From: a virus
Lineage: Duplodnaviria > Caudoviricetes
IMG/VR virus record: IMGVR_UViG_3300020469_003235
Location: 1,674 to 65,673 of that record
Strand: one strand, 5' to 3'
Length of the DNA stretch: 64,000 nucleotides
Shown here: positions 37,284 to 51,000 of the stretch, piece by piece
Layout: each line of letters begins with the position of its first letter
Position numbering within the stretch: the first letter of the stretch is position 1
The notes under the pieces: model-generated
The model's database searches: none
The model's input: only the letters and a program-made list of their open reading frames with translations
What the model was told of the DNA's origin: nothing
Program-made: the position numbers and the translations under genes

Positions 37284-39368
37284 TTATACCGCAGAACTTA
37301 CTCCGCTGGTATAAACCCAGGCACCAGCAGTTACAGTACATGTTAGTACATATCTGTTAACTGTTAGTGAAACCGATCCTGTTACGTCACTAAACTGTAC
37401 ATCTTTTAGTACGGTCTCGTTTTCTTGCCCTGTTTCTGTTACCCTCGATACACTTGCACTATCCGCTGTATATGTACCAACTTCACTGCTTGTATCTAAG
37501 TTTATCTCTATTTCTGTTGAACTTACAATTCTATTAATAGCATATGTACCATTAATTGCTGTAACTCCTGTTGCACCTGTAACTGTTACATTACGGCCTG
37601 CATCATAGCCATGAACTGCATCTAATGTTAAGATAGTTAATGTACCTTTAGTAATAGACGCAACTGTTCTTGTTGCCACTGTAACTGTTTTATCAACTGC
37701 TACTGTAGTTTCATCTAATCCTGTATTCAATGCACTTGCTGTTAGTGTAGCACTTGCTGATGTTTGATCAGTTGCATGAATTTTTGCGGCTGTTCCGTTT
37801 ACTTTTGTACTTGCTGGAACAATCTCTTCAAGTAGTGTAACAAGTTTAGTACCAAAGGCCGCTCCGCCTCCTGCACCTGCATTGTAACCTAAGCCTGTAA
37901 TATTAAGTGCCATTGCAACGCCTTCGCCGTCAATAGCAGTATCTACATAATTTTTAGTTGCCGCATCTGTGCCTGCAACTGGCTCACCTAATCCTGAAAT
38001 CTTATTTGTGTTTAAGATTTCGATAACACCTGTTGCTCCTTCAAGTTGTAGGTTACCTACTCCTGTTGAAACTTTTTGTCCGTCAACACTAACGTTATCA
38101 ACATCTAATGACGTAAGTGTTCCAAGTGTTTGCATTTGTGGAGCACTTGTAATTGTTCCTAATGTTGTACCTGATATAACAGTATTGCCGTTAATCTTAT
38201 AACCTGCTGTTGAATCAAAGAATACGTTTGATGTAAATGCGTTTGTTGCAAGTTTCCAAAGAAACTCTTTATCATCTGGATTTGCTTTAACAATGATACC
38301 TGCGTCATTAACATCTGCATCTGGTAATACTGTGCTATCACTTGTAATAGCAAGTTCAATATTTTTATCTTTAATTCTTAAGTTATCAACGTCTGTACTA
38401 AAAGTGTTACCACTTACAGTTAGGTTACCGTCAATTTTAACATCGCCGCCAACGTCAAGTGTTGCTGTAGGTACTGCTTTGAAAATACCTGCGTAACTAT
38501 TTGTAGTATCAATTTTAATTGCTGAAGTTGCACCACTTGCTTTTCTTACTTGGATATCTAAATTTCTATCTCTAACTTGGTTTGCAATAACTGTTTGGTT
38601 TGCAACAACACCAATGTTAATATTATCTTCTGGTCCTACTGTAATACCACCATTGTTAATTGTGCTAATAGTACCGTTTGAAGTTGCATTAGAATCCGTT
38701 GGCATAAACTGTGATGCGTTTTTCTTAACACCTTGTGCATTAATAATTGTATCTGCTGAAGTTGCTGTTCCGTGAAACTTAAAGTCGGCATCAATTACAT
38801 TAATACCTTTTTCAACTGCGCCAACAATTCCTGTAATAGGATTTGCTGAGTTAGGTGTAAATCTAATGTTTGAAAGTATTGCTTCTTTTTGTCCGCCAAC
38901 ATTTAAATTAACAAGTGTTCTGTTTGACTGTGTTGTATCTAAAACTGTTTCAGTTGTAAACCCTGAAGTTCCTTCTGATGTTGCAAAGTCAGGACCAACA
39001 AGTACTAAGTCTGTTCCGTCAAAGAAATATAACTTATTGTTTTGATTATCAATCCAAAGATCGCCTGTAACCATTTGTGGTTGTGTAGGACTTACAATAG
39101 GTCCACCTGCACTTTTAAATTGTGCACCATCATATAATTTTAATCTTGCTTCACCACTGTCATACCATAACTGACCTGTAAGTGGATTTGCTGGTGCTTG
39201 TGTGTTAGTAAAGTTTTCAAGCATCTTAACAAAATTTTCGTTAATGCTTTCGCCAAAGCCTGAATAGTTTCTACCAACTAATGAAATATCAGTTGTTTGT
39301 GTGTTTAATTGTCCGTCAACTAAATTTACAAGTAAGTCGCCGTTTGTTTTATTAATCTGATACGCCAT
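37284..39368 (-). CDS. tail fibre protein
   Basis: Same N-terminal anchor; LDVGGDVKIDGNLTVSG beta-repeat; DAATKNYVD fibre motif. Confidence 0.7.
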   Translation of the reverse strand: MAYQINKTNGDLLVNLVDGQLNTQTTDISLVGRNYSGFGESINENFVKMLENFTNTQAPANPLTGQLWYDSGEARLKLYDGAQFKSAGGPIVSPTQPQMVTGDLWIDNQNNKLYFFDGTDLVLVGPDFATSEGTSGFTTETVLDTTQSNRTLVNLNVGGQKEAILSNIRFTPNSANPITGIVGAVEKGINVIDADFKFHGTATSADTIINAQGVKKNASQFMPTDSNATSNGTISTINNGGITVGPEDNINIGVVANQTVIANQVRDRNLDIQVRKASGATSAIKIDTTNSYAGIFKAVPTATLDVGGDVKIDGNLTVSGNTFSTDVDNLRIKDKNIELAITSDSTVLPDADVNDAGIIVKANPDDKEFLWKLATNAFTSNVFFDSTAGYKINGNTVISGTTLGTITSAPQMQTLGTLTSLDVDNVSVDGQKVSTGVGNLQLEGATGVIEILNTNKISGLGEPVAGTDAATKNYVDTAIDGEGVAMALNITGLGYNAGAGGGAAFGTKLVTLLEEIVPASTKVNGTAAKIHATDQTSASATLTASALNTGLDETTVAVDKTVTVATRTVASITKGTLTILTLDAVHGYDAGRNVTVTGATGVTAINGTYAINRIVSSTEIEINLDTSSEVGTYTADSASVSRVTETGQENETVLKDVQFSDVTGSVSLTVNRYVLTCTVTAGAWVYTSGVSSAV

Positions 39369-41431
39369 TATTTCGCCCCCGCATAAATTAGATAGTTCAT
39401 TGCCAAGTACGGATTCATTACATTAAAGTCTTGCCCGACTGCTGTATTGCTTACCACTCCTCCTGAGAATGGAAACTTTTGTCCTGCGTTTGAACCTTGC
39501 GGTGCATCGGCTACTGTAGCATCACCATCTACTGGTGTACCTTGTACATCTCTTGTTGCGTAATACTGTGTACCACTTGGTCCACGTAAATCATGTTCGT
39601 GTTCTGGTAGTTCATCAACTGCAATTGGTTTCTTCTCGACACCTGCTGTACCACCTATTGTATCAGCATTTTCGTCTGTAACTCTGTTTGCTGGTCCTGT
39701 TTGTGTACCCATGTTATCCATACCAAGTGGAAATCTACCACGTAAATCTGGTAAGGCAAATTTACCTAATGCAGGATTTGCTTTGAATGACGTACCAATA
39801 ATTCCATGTAGTTCTGGCCAATCAACAATAAACACTTCACTACCATCACATAATAACCAACCGTTTAAGTCTAAGACTGATGTTGCGTTACCTGCATATG
39901 GTGTAATCATTCCAACTGGGTTAACAGGTAAAGCACTAAACAAGTTACTTCTTGATAGTTTTTTAATTCCTGTTCCGCTACCGTTTTCATCGTTAATTCT
40001 ATTAACAAGGAATTCGTCATCAAATCTTGATGTTGGAACTGATGTTTTATTTGTAATGAAAGTACTATTAATACTAATATCAAAATTCTTAACAAGTGTA
40101 GTTTCGCCTGGCGCACTATATTGTCCATCAAAGATAACTGGCGGTGCTGTTACATCACCTGTAATTTGAAATGTTGTTCTTGAAGCAAGTTTATCTGAAC
40201 TTCCTGAACGTCCTGTAACTGTACCAGTTACATTACCAACCAAGTTAGCCCTTACTGTGTTTGCATTAATCTCTGCAAACTTTAATGTTGTACTACCAAT
40301 GTTAACTGAGTTTGTAGAATCTGGTAATACTGTACCACCTAATGTAGTTGTACCACCTACTTCTAAACTGTTTCCGATTCTTGCACTCTTGGCAATACCA
40401 ATACCACCTGCTGTAGTAATTGCTCCTGTTCCAGTGTTAACTGCTTCTGCAATTCCATTAATAACAAGGTTGTTACTAATAATAGCATTACCTGTTACGT
40501 CTAATGCTTCTGCTGGTGATAAGTTGTTAATACCAACTTTTTGTGTTGAATCAATTCTTAATACAGGTTGTAAGTTTCCTGCATTGTTAATACGTAAGTC
40601 AATGTTAGCACCTGATGTATTATTTGAGATAATAGCATTTTGTCCTTCAATACCTATTTGGACAACTGCATCACTACCAATACTTACACCTGTGTTATTT
40701 TTAATTTGTAAACTTGCATTTGAAATACTTGCAATGTCGCCTCTTAAAAAGTTTGAAGCCGCTACAACTGTTGAACCTACAATTAAGTTTTCTGCTTTCT
40801 CTGATACACCATAGTATTTTCCTACGCCTGCACCTGTAATGTCTGCTGTACTTAAATTGAATCCTGGACTTACTGTTGAAAATCCTTGAATAGTTGCCTT
40901 AGGAGTAAATGCACTTGTCGCATAAATTGCAACAACTTTGCCGCCTATTTCAACTTGTAACGCTGTGTAATTAATATTGTCAGTACCAGTTAGTGTAGTA
41001 GGTCTAACACCTGCCGCTAATCCGTCACTAAACTCTGGTCCTACTAAGATCCAACCTGAACCTGTAAACAAATATAACTGTTGATTGTCTGTGTCTGTCC
41101 ACAAATCACCTGCTACTGAATTTGCTACGTCTGGTGCTGAGTCGCCACGTTTTAATCCGCCAGCCTCAATCCAGTTAGTTCCGTCATAAATTTTAAGAAT
41201 GTTAACACCAACTGCTGTGTCATACCATAGTTGACCTTCAATTGGTCTTGCTGGTGCTGTACTATTACTAAAGTTTTCTAATAGTTGTAAAAAGTTTTGT
41301 CCAATTAACGCACCGTAGTCTGTTGTAAACCTACCTGGAATCTGTAATGTAGTAGAAGTATCGGTAGTGTTATCCTCGATAGCAATACTACCCTTATTCG
41401 TAATGTCGGTATAGTTAATAGTATATGCCAT
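39368..41431 (-). CDS. tail fibre protein with tail-collar domain
   Basis: Same N-terminal anchor; PVGMITPYAG..GWLLCDG..FALPDLRGRFPLG collar motif; C-term NPYLAMNYLI. Confidence 0.8.
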   Translation of the reverse strand: MAYTINYTDITNKGSIAIEDNTTDTSTTLQIPGRFTTDYGALIGQNFLQLLENFSNSTAPARPIEGQLWYDTAVGVNILKIYDGTNWIEAGGLKRGDSAPDVANSVAGDLWTDTDNQQLYLFTGSGWILVGPEFSDGLAAGVRPTTLTGTDNINYTALQVEIGGKVVAIYATSAFTPKATIQGFSTVSPGFNLSTADITGAGVGKYYGVSEKAENLIVGSTVVAASNFLRGDIASISNASLQIKNNTGVSIGSDAVVQIGIEGQNAIISNNTSGANIDLRINNAGNLQPVLRIDSTQKVGINNLSPAEALDVTGNAIISNNLVINGIAEAVNTGTGAITTAGGIGIAKSARIGNSLEVGGTTTLGGTVLPDSTNSVNIGSTTLKFAEINANTVRANLVGNVTGTVTGRSGSSDKLASRTTFQITGDVTAPPVIFDGQYSAPGETTLVKNFDISINSTFITNKTSVPTSRFDDEFLVNRINDENGSGTGIKKLSRSNLFSALPVNPVGMITPYAGNATSVLDLNGWLLCDGSEVFIVDWPELHGIIGTSFKANPALGKFALPDLRGRFPLGMDNMGTQTGPANRVTDENADTIGGTAGVEKKPIAVDELPEHEHDLRGPSGTQYYATRDVQGTPVDGDATVADAPQGSNAGQKFPFSGGVVSNTAVGQDFNVMNPYLAMNYLIYAGAK

Positions 41432-41434
41432 CTA

Positions 41435-42049
41435 TTATCCCTCGTTGTAACCAGTTAAACTTTGTACTCTAACAGTATAATCGATTTGAATTAATCTGTT
41501 TAATGATTTTTGTACAGGATGGAATACAACGTGTGTTAATAATCTACCTGTTCCTGTTGGACTATAACTTACTAATCCTAACTCATCAAACACATACTGG
41601 TTTTCAGTATCTGTTGCTGTATCGTTTGCTTCTTGACCATTTGGCTCACCGTAGTCTAACAAACACTGTACAATAATGTCTGTGTAGTTAGTTCCACTAA
41701 CGTGCCTTGTTTCAATTTTGTTTCTGTTAGGATCAACGTTGTTTACACTTTGATCGTCAACAATTTTCTTATATGTTTGGTTGTATAAACTTGCGTTTGT
41801 ACCTGTGCTATTTGGAGTTAGGTAAGTAATAATGCCTGTAGGATCAACACTTGTACCACCATTACCAAACGCCATTTCGTACACAAATCCTTGTCCTGCA
41901 TTTGCAAGGGATTCTGCCAAAGCAATACTCATATTTTCATAGTGAATTGCATTGCGTTTATCAATGAAAACTTCTTTTGTTTCGGGGTTAAAGATCTTAA
42001 TGTGACCTTGCACTAACACTCCGTTTTTGTCTAATATGTTATCTGTCAT
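41435..42049 (-). CDS. virion structural protein
   Basis: 204 aa, FDELGL..LLTHVVFHPVQKSLNR; in tail operon; TAAATA and AGGA SD upstream. Confidence 0.6.
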   Translation of the reverse strand: MTDNILDKNGVLVQGHIKIFNPETKEVFIDKRNAIHYENMSIALAESLANAGQGFVYEMAFGNGGTSVDPTGIITYLTPNSTGTNASLYNQTYKKIVDDQSVNNVDPNRNKIETRHVSGTNYTDIIVQCLLDYGEPNGQEANDTATDTENQYVFDELGLVSYSPTGTGRLLTHVVFHPVQKSLNRLIQIDYTVRVQSLTGYNEG

Positions 42050-42069
42050 TTATGTTTCCTACATTGTAT

Positions 42070-45000
42070 TTATTTAGGTAAGTCAACCTCTTCAGCTCTT
42101 AAGAACTGTGCTATTGCATTTTTTGTCTTTCCTAATGTTTTTCCTGAATCATTCCAAGTTTTTCCAACTTTTCTGACTACTGTTACCCTAACACCGTCCG
42201 CTGGTGCTGTTATTAGTGTTAATATATTGCCAGAAACACTAAATTCTGCTTGTGCTGTAATATCGCCTTCTGGACTGTCTTGAGCAACTGTTGCATCAAA
42301 CATTGCAATATCACGTTTTCGTAGACGTTTACCGCCTGCGAACACTTCAAATTCGTCAACACCTTTAGTAGGTGTCCAATCTAACAAGTATTCTGTTGAA
42401 CTTCCATCACCAATATATGTGTTAATTAGTGTTTTGTCCTGGTAAGGAACAGTTTGTTGGAAGCCTTGATCAAAGATTTCATCACCTGTTTGGTGGATAT
42501 CTTTAACTCCAGTACCAAATGTACCTCTACGTAACTGTGTTAAACTGTTACTATCCTTAACCATATACTCAATACGTTCACCATTAATGAAAATAACACC
42601 TGGTGTATTTGTAGTTTTATCTGGAACAAACATACTATCTGGGTTATCTACTATAATTTCTTTATCAAACGGTTTAAGATCTTGTACTAATCTATATTTA
42701 TTATTATCTCCAAGTCGTTTGTACACTGTTCTGTTAAGCATGTCTTTAAACACTCTCCAACCAAACTTAGATACTGTTGGACCTGTTTCAGAAAACTGTA
42801 TAACCTCAACAACATCATTTGCTGTTAATGGTTGTGCCATTCTTACAAATAACTGATCGTCTGTAACTTTGTAATCAACACTTGGTGTTTGTAACTTGCC
42901 GTTTACAACAATCCATACATATTCAGCATCAACTGTTTGTCTTTCAAGTTTAATTAAACCTGCAAGTAAGTGATTGTACTCAATGTCTGCCGCACTTTCA
43001 AAGTCAATAGTAGTTCTTGTAACAATATCAAAGTTCTTACGATTAATTTCTTGTATATCATGTTTACTAAAGTGTGTAACTTTGATTGTAGTATCTATTG
43101 TTGGTACAGTATCTAATGTTAGTACATTACCAGCAACTGTGTATTGGCCATCTGTTGTTACAAATATATCAAGTTTGTCACCTGCTTGTGCAACATTTTC
43201 AAAAATTTCAACACTTGAGTTAGCAGGACGGAAAATAAAGTCTGAAGTATATGTTAATGCATTACCGTTAAGCAATACAATAATATCATCAGCACCTAAT
43301 GTACCTCCTGGTTGTTGCCAGTTACGTAATTGATATTCTACTCTGTTGTCAATAGTGAATGATTCGTTATAACCTGCATTAAGAATATTATCGCCAACTC
43401 TTACAATTATGTTATGACTTGCAGGCAAACTACTAAATGGTGTTGTGCTTAATTCATAACTTGCACTACTTCCATCAGCAATCAAGTTATCTGTTTTAAT
43501 TTCACTAAATGTTTGAGCGTCACTTGCATATATTCCAAAGTTAATTACTGCTTCATCTGCCGGTGCCGCACCAAATGTAATTACTGCTTTGTTGGCAGTA
43601 TCGTATGAACTGTCTGTAGTTTCTAATACGTAAGAAGGTTTTTCTCCGTTAACAGTTACAATACTATTAATATCTTCTCTCCAGTCAACATTCGTAACAA
43701 ACTGTATAGTTGAACCGTCACCTGTAAATGTATCTAAGTCAAGAATCTTATCACCGTTACCGCTCATTGAAATTACATTAATTCTTTGATTAAGTGCTGG
43801 TGCACTTGCCATTGTAACAGTTTTATTTTTATAATCAACTGTGTAAGTAGATTGTAATGCAATTATATTATTCACTTTTACTAACAATGCATCTTTAGAT
43901 TGCGGTATGCCGTTATAACTAAACACTGTAGTCGAACCATCACCAATGTATGAAACACTTTCAATAACACTTGCACCACTTCCTACTCTATCGTAAATTT
44001 TCATATCAAGAGTATCTAATACTTGTCCTGGAATTTGTTCTTCAGGACCTTTGCTTGTTAACTGTGTTACAAACCCATCACCGTCAATGTTAATTTCTTC
44101 TGGATTAATACCTGTTGCACTTGCATATGCTAAGTCGCCACCTTGTACCAATGTATCGTATGCTCTTGGATCAGGTACAAACGAACCGTCACTTGTATTT
44201 TTTCTAAATATTAATACATCATCAGCACCTGGACTGTTAATACCGTTGATATCTAATCCATCATTGTCAAGGAAGATAGTTTGTGTTGTACCATCACCTG
44301 TTAGCGTTGTAGTCCTTGCATTTGGATTAGTTGGACTGCTTGGATAATTTGGATCATCAATTCTTGTACCATTCAAGTAAACATTATATTCAACACCATT
44401 TTCTAATGGCTTAGAAAGTGTTACACTAATTGTACTTCCATCTAAACGTATTACTTCATCTTCGTATGTATTATCGTATGAATCATAAGCACCAGTGAAC
44501 CAACCTTCTGTTCCCCAACCAGAGCCGCCACCAAAGGTAAAACTCTTAACTTGAACTCCACCGTAATCAATGCCGTCCATTAACTGTCCAAGATCGTTTG
44601 CTAATTGTCCTGTAGTTGGATTGTAGAACAAGTTAATTCTATCTTGTGCAGTTAGTAATGAAATTTCTTTCTTATAACTAATCGATATATTACTGTTATT
44701 AGCCGGAGGTGTTGTAAATGTAACTTGTCCAATACTACGTTCATGTGTTCTACCTACGCTGTCAATAATATTTAAAACATTATATCCGCTCTGTAGTACT
44801 TCAATGCCGTCTACAGTTACTGACACTTGATCTGTTTTAACATCCATTGGCCATTTTAGTTTAAAGTTATACTTGCCGCCTGTACCTACAAACGTTTCTG
44901 TTTCTGCAAGTGTTGTAATAAAGAACGTTCCTGTTACTCTATCAAACTTAACAGTCATATGTGTAGTTCTTAGATTCGAGTTGCCTATAATTGCACTTGC

Positions 45001-48000
45001 TTTACCAACCTTACCACCGTCTGCTACTGCACCATTAAGTACTATTGTGGGTGCGGACACATACCCCTGGCCCGCATTGTCTATTTTAATTTCTGTAATT
45101 TTTCCGCCACCAACGTATGCTGTTGCTTTGGCTCCTGTTCCGCCGCCGCCAACAAACTCTACACCTGGTGCATTTTCATAACCTGATCCTGCATCAAAAA
45201 TGTCTACTGATTTAATTTTAAAACTTGCATTATCTTTCCAATGCTTACTTGGATAAGTGTTTAAAAGTGATGCTGATTGTAATTCATCATCAACTACTCT
45301 AACAGTTTGTGGAATAATTTTTCCTGCAATATCGCTGTATATTGGAGATAAATCAAAGTCAGTAACCATAGACGATGCTGTGTCTTTACCTTCGTATGTA
45401 CTTAGGTATTCTCTAATTTTAGATTTATATGGTTTAACTTCTTTTACATATTCTTCATAACTTTCTAAGAAATCATTATTAAATGTAATGTCTTTTCTTA
45501 ATGAACCAATATTATGTTTTGCTTTGATAAATGATGTTTTAAACATCCAATCAACAAATTTTTGTTCTGATAAAATGTAACGCATTTGTGCAAAGAACAA
45601 CTTATTGTACTCAATAGCAAGTTCGTCAACAAATATTTTATCTCTTAATGCTTTTAAGATAATACGCATTTCATCAATTGGTTGTAAGTCAAATGCACTG
45701 TCATCATAACCGAATGAATCGTATCCGATTAGTTCTTCGCTGTAATCATATAGTGACTTACCTAATTCTATTGTTGCATTTTGCCTACCAATAGTTTTAT
45801 AGTTAACTGTATAGTCTACATTTGCTTGTGAATCTACTTTTTCTAATAGTAACCAGCCGCCTGACCCAACATTATTAATCTTAATAATATTACCAAACGT
45901 ATCTTGTAGTGATTCTAACTTATAAGTTTCGTCAATAACATAATCTGCTTTCGTTAAAGCATTATAACCTGTAGCATACCAGTCAATGTAACTCCAATAA
46001 GGTTTTACATCATATCGTTGACTTTTAATTCTGTTCCAAATTACTGTGCCACCAACATATTCATACAATGACCATTTGTTTTCGTATGTTGTATCAGTTG
46101 TTGTAAGCACTGTAAATGGTCTTATTCTAATAGTATCTGTTTGAGCATAGTTAGTACCACTTTTAATAACTGTTGCACCTGTAATCTGTCCTACATTGTT
46201 CATTGTAAGACTAACTTCAGCGCCTGTGCCTGATACTGTTGTAATTGCTACTGTTGGTACTGTTTTATAACCGTATCCTTGTTCAGTAACGTCTGCTCTT
46301 AACACTTTACCATCTTGGATCGTTAAACTAACTGTTGCTTGTTTAAGTCTACCTACTGGTACAAACTGTAATTCGCTGTCACTGTCAATTTGTCTGTCAA
46401 ATTTTCTTGATGCTACTGTTGGAATAGGATCATTAGTTTCTAAATCACTTAAATCAAAGTCATCAATTAAGATTTTTTGTTTTAATGATGTATTAACTCT
46501 TTCAACAAGTTGTTTTAATGCTTCAATCCTGTTAACAAACATTGTTTGTCTTGGCTCGTTAAGAATACCGTATCTATCTTTGGTTGTTAACTCTCTGTCT
46601 GGTACTGGTCTTCCTTGCTCGTCAAATCCGATTAAACTATCAAACCATTTACGTTCTAAATCTGTTTTAGGAACACTTGTTTCTAACCCGTCTGTAATAA
46701 TCTTGTATTGGTTGTGTACATTTTTATCAGTTTCTTCAATATTCCAATATGCAAATTTAAGAATAGTGTCATTACCTGTAATAGAACTTTGTAAGTTATG
46801 TAATGTCCACTCGTTCTTATCAAGCATTGTTGCAAATTTTAGTCCTGCACCTGATGGATCTCTAATTAACTCTTGTACATCAGCGGCACTAATTGTTCTT
46901 CCTGGTACATTTGGTGTTGTTTTCTTATTACGTACCCAGTAGTAATAATAAAGTGTAAATTTTTGTGCTTCGTCATCATAAACACGTCTTGAACTATAAG
47001 CATTGTCGCCGTATTTTGACTTTCCACTAATTCCTTCTACTAATCCTGATTCAGTATCCGCTTGTTCGTCCCATTCACTTGGTAATAAATCACTTTCTAC
47101 CCATTCGTAAATTTCAACTTCTGTTCCTGGGAACACTGAATTCATTGTATTACTTGTAGTGAAGATATTTCCTGTGTTACTGTACGGATTAATAAATCTT
47201 ACAGCATCGATATCCCACCATAATTTACCAACATTGTTTGTTGTGTCAAACATTGTTTCGTCTTTTACAACTGTTGTATCAGTTGCTATGTTATATGTTG
47301 AAGGATCATATGTTGTTTTAAATGTTAACTCTGTTTCAGCCGTTCCTGCAATTTTTCCTTGTGCTGGATCAATGTAATCAATGTACTCAGTAACCTGATT
47401 TGTATTTTTATCATATAAACTAATACCTTTGAATCGGCTAAGATCAACTAATGGTCTTTCAGATCTAATTTTTTCCCATAGTTTAGTATTAGGATTTGAT
47501 CTGTAATCTATTACTGTTCCTCTGCTATTGTTATCATCTCTACTATATGTTGGTATACCAATATAAATGTGATTACCGTTGATGAACATTGTTCTACCAA
47601 AGTATAATGCTTTGCTATCTGCAAATTTTAACTTGTCTGCATACACATATCTGTTACCTAACAGTTCATAAACAAATACTTCACCAGTATCAATAAGTGA
47701 TGTATTGAATAATGTAGTTCCATTGTCAAATGCTGTTATGCCGCCGTCAAATCCTGTAATACTTGTAAGGTCACCACCTGCTGAATGTACTGCAATCCTA
47801 TCAGTTCCGTACTTAACAACTGATCCAAACTTCTCGTTTGCAATTCCTTGTGGTCCAACCAAGTGCTGTACTTGTTGGAATGTACCATTAACACTTTCGT
47901 AAATGAATACTGTACCTTGGTTTACATATTCAGCACTATATTTAGGAGCACCTACAGCAATAAATCTACCATCATTGGAAACTGTTACTGAACTTCCGTA

Positions 48001-51000
48001 GCCAATGCCGTCTGCGTATGCATCAATTACTTGACTGAATAAAAAGTGTCCTAATACTTTTCTATAAATTGCTAACTTAGGTGTATTAATAGAACTATCT
48101 ACAGCATCTCCGTACTTAACAATAGTTGCTAATACTTCTCCGTCACTGCTGATTCCAAATTGTGTACCAAATTCATATAAATTAGTATCTTGTAATGCAC
48201 TATCATCACCAATAATAAAGCCTGTATCGTTTGGTAAGTACCCATTCAGATCAAGTCCTTCAGTAATTAGTGTCCAATTTGATCCATTCCATGCACCTGC
48301 AATAATATTTGTTTGTGCCTGATAAATTTGTCCAAGATATTTTACATATTCGCCAGTTTTATAAGTTACAGTTGTACTAAAGTCACCTTTGTAGTCTGTA
48401 TCTTGTCCTAAAATCCAACCTTTTATTTTGTCGTATTTTATAACATTAATTCTACCTGGTTGTGTAAATGTTCCGTTGCCTTTGCTTAACAAGTATGCAG
48501 TATAAGTTCCGTCATTGTGTGTAACCATTTCAACTGTTGCACCTAAATGTCTACTATCTGCCGCATCTGGCATAATATAAACGTTATGTAAATTATAGAA
48601 ATTACTTGTATTTCTTTCGTAGATAGCATATGCACCTTGTCTTGTTAATGCACTTGCTGTACCACTCGAATTTGCAGTAATATTGTAAACTCTTTCCCAA
48701 TCGTTATTAGTATTGCTTGGAGGATTTGCATCTCTTGAAATACCCGATTGTTCTACACTGTCATAAATCCAGTATTCAAACCCTTGTAATGTTCTTGCTG
48801 AGCCTGGTGTTAAGTTTACATCTTTTTGTACAACAACAATTGGTCCTGCTGTATCTGATTCTAAATGTCTTGTGTTGACTGTACCAACAAGTCTTACAAC
48901 GCCTACGCCTTGTGATCCACCGTTAATACTTAAACTTGAAATATCATTATTATCTGAACCAAACTTCCAAGTACCATCAACATTTTTAATCCATAGTCTT
49001 AAAGTGTTAAACAGTTTTTCTACTCCTGCAACTGTCGCTGTTGCAAGTGTGTCATTATCTTGTACTGTATCTCCAATAACAGGAATAAAAGGTTCACCGT
49101 AATTAGGATTGAAGTCAGCATCGCCTGGTGTAGGTGAGCCTCTGTCATCAAATGATGTAAGATTTATTTCCAGCCAACCGTTCCAAATATCATAAACTGT
49201 ATGTTCTGTTCTGTTTAGATAGTCGTGTGTTATCTCTGGACTTATTACACCTGGATTTTGTATTAATCCATCTGCTGTTGCATATTCATTAAAGAAAAAG
49301 TTGAATGTATTTCCTACTGAAAGACTGCTTGTTAAAGTTGCTGGTGCTCTAAATACCCATTTGTCTGAAAGTACATTACCGCTATCACCTAAATATGTTA
49401 AAGTTTCAATGTAACTTGTTTTTGTAGGATTCTGATCTGTTAGGTTATCTTGAATTCTAAGTGCATTATCATAATATTTTACACTACGTGATACACCTGT
49501 TTTAATAATGTCTTGAATAACAAGATATGGTTTAGTTTCAATAGTAGTTGTTGAAGTAAAACTTGCACTCGGTCCAGCAATTTGCCACCAACCGCCTAAT
49601 AAAGTTTCTTCTTGTTGTACTGCTCTTTCAAATGCACCTATTTGAATATCACCAACAAATAATGTACCTGTTGACTCAAACAACCCGTTTGCATCTTTAA
49701 CATAAATTAAACTTCTATTATCACCTGTAGTATGTACCTTAGTAACAACTGCAACTGCTGTTGCACTACTAATTGTTTCTCCTACACTTGGAATAGCCTG
49801 TGTGTTATCAATTAATAATATATCATCGATTTTTTCTACAATAGCATGTTCGCCATCTAAAAATGCCTTAGTCATTAATGGATCATTATTGAACGGTGTT
49901 ACACCACTTGGATATCTTGTGTTAATGTCATTCCATAATAGTTGTAACTTATCGCCTATTTCTGTTCCGTCATATTGTCCTTTAGGTGCTCTAATTAACA
50001 TGTGATCTGTTAACTCTTCAGGAAAACTAAAATTACCTCTTAATATAAAGTATAAGTTGCTGTACACATTATTTTCTAATGTACTAACAAGTGCTTGTAC
50101 ATGAGAACTAAATGTTTGATATTCTAAACTTGGATCTTGTGGCTCAACTGTTGTCTTTGCTTGCCAGTATTGATTTGTATATTTTACAGTATCAAATTGT
50201 GCGTAAGTAGTAGAACTATTAAAGTCGCCTTTGTAATAAGACTTAACATTAGAAGCATACGGCATACCAACAATTAACCATTTACCATCTGTGGAAATAT
50301 TTGTACTTTGACCGAAACTATTTTCACCACTTGACATAACCCCTGTTGGAGCGTCAAGTATTTGAGATTGTACAGCCTTAAGATTTTCTGATGCTCTAAA
50401 GTATATGTCTACTCTACCATTTTCTGTTTCGTCTGGTACACCAACTGGAATAATACTGTTAGTTGCGTTTGCACTAATACTTGTTCCAAAGTTTTTATCA
50501 TCAGTACCTAAAATACCTTCAATACTGTTACTAAACATTTGTTGTGATTGTGCATATTTGTTTTTATTTTCTACAACCGCCCATCTATTGTTTTCGTCTT
50601 GGTCAACCCAAACTCTTTCATTATTACTAACATTATCTCTTGTAATTTTTTTATTAACACCATTAAGATCAGCAACCCTTACACTGTTTAACTGTGTAAT
50701 GAATCCTGAAATTTCTGGTAAGTCTGGTTGTTCTACTGATGTTGTAGCATAGATAGTGTTAAGACTTGTTCTTTGAACTTTAAAGAATCTATCTACATCA
50801 CCTGTACCAAGCACACTGATAATATCGTCTTTTACGAACGGAGGTGCTTTACCTGTTGTAATCTCTATCATACCCGAACTATCCGAGTTTACAATAGAAC
50901 TTACCTTGAATGGTGTTTCAGTTTGGCGCAAGACATCCCATGTTTGGCCTTTTTTAGCAACCCAAATATATTTTCCTACATCTATTGTGTTAGGATCAAG

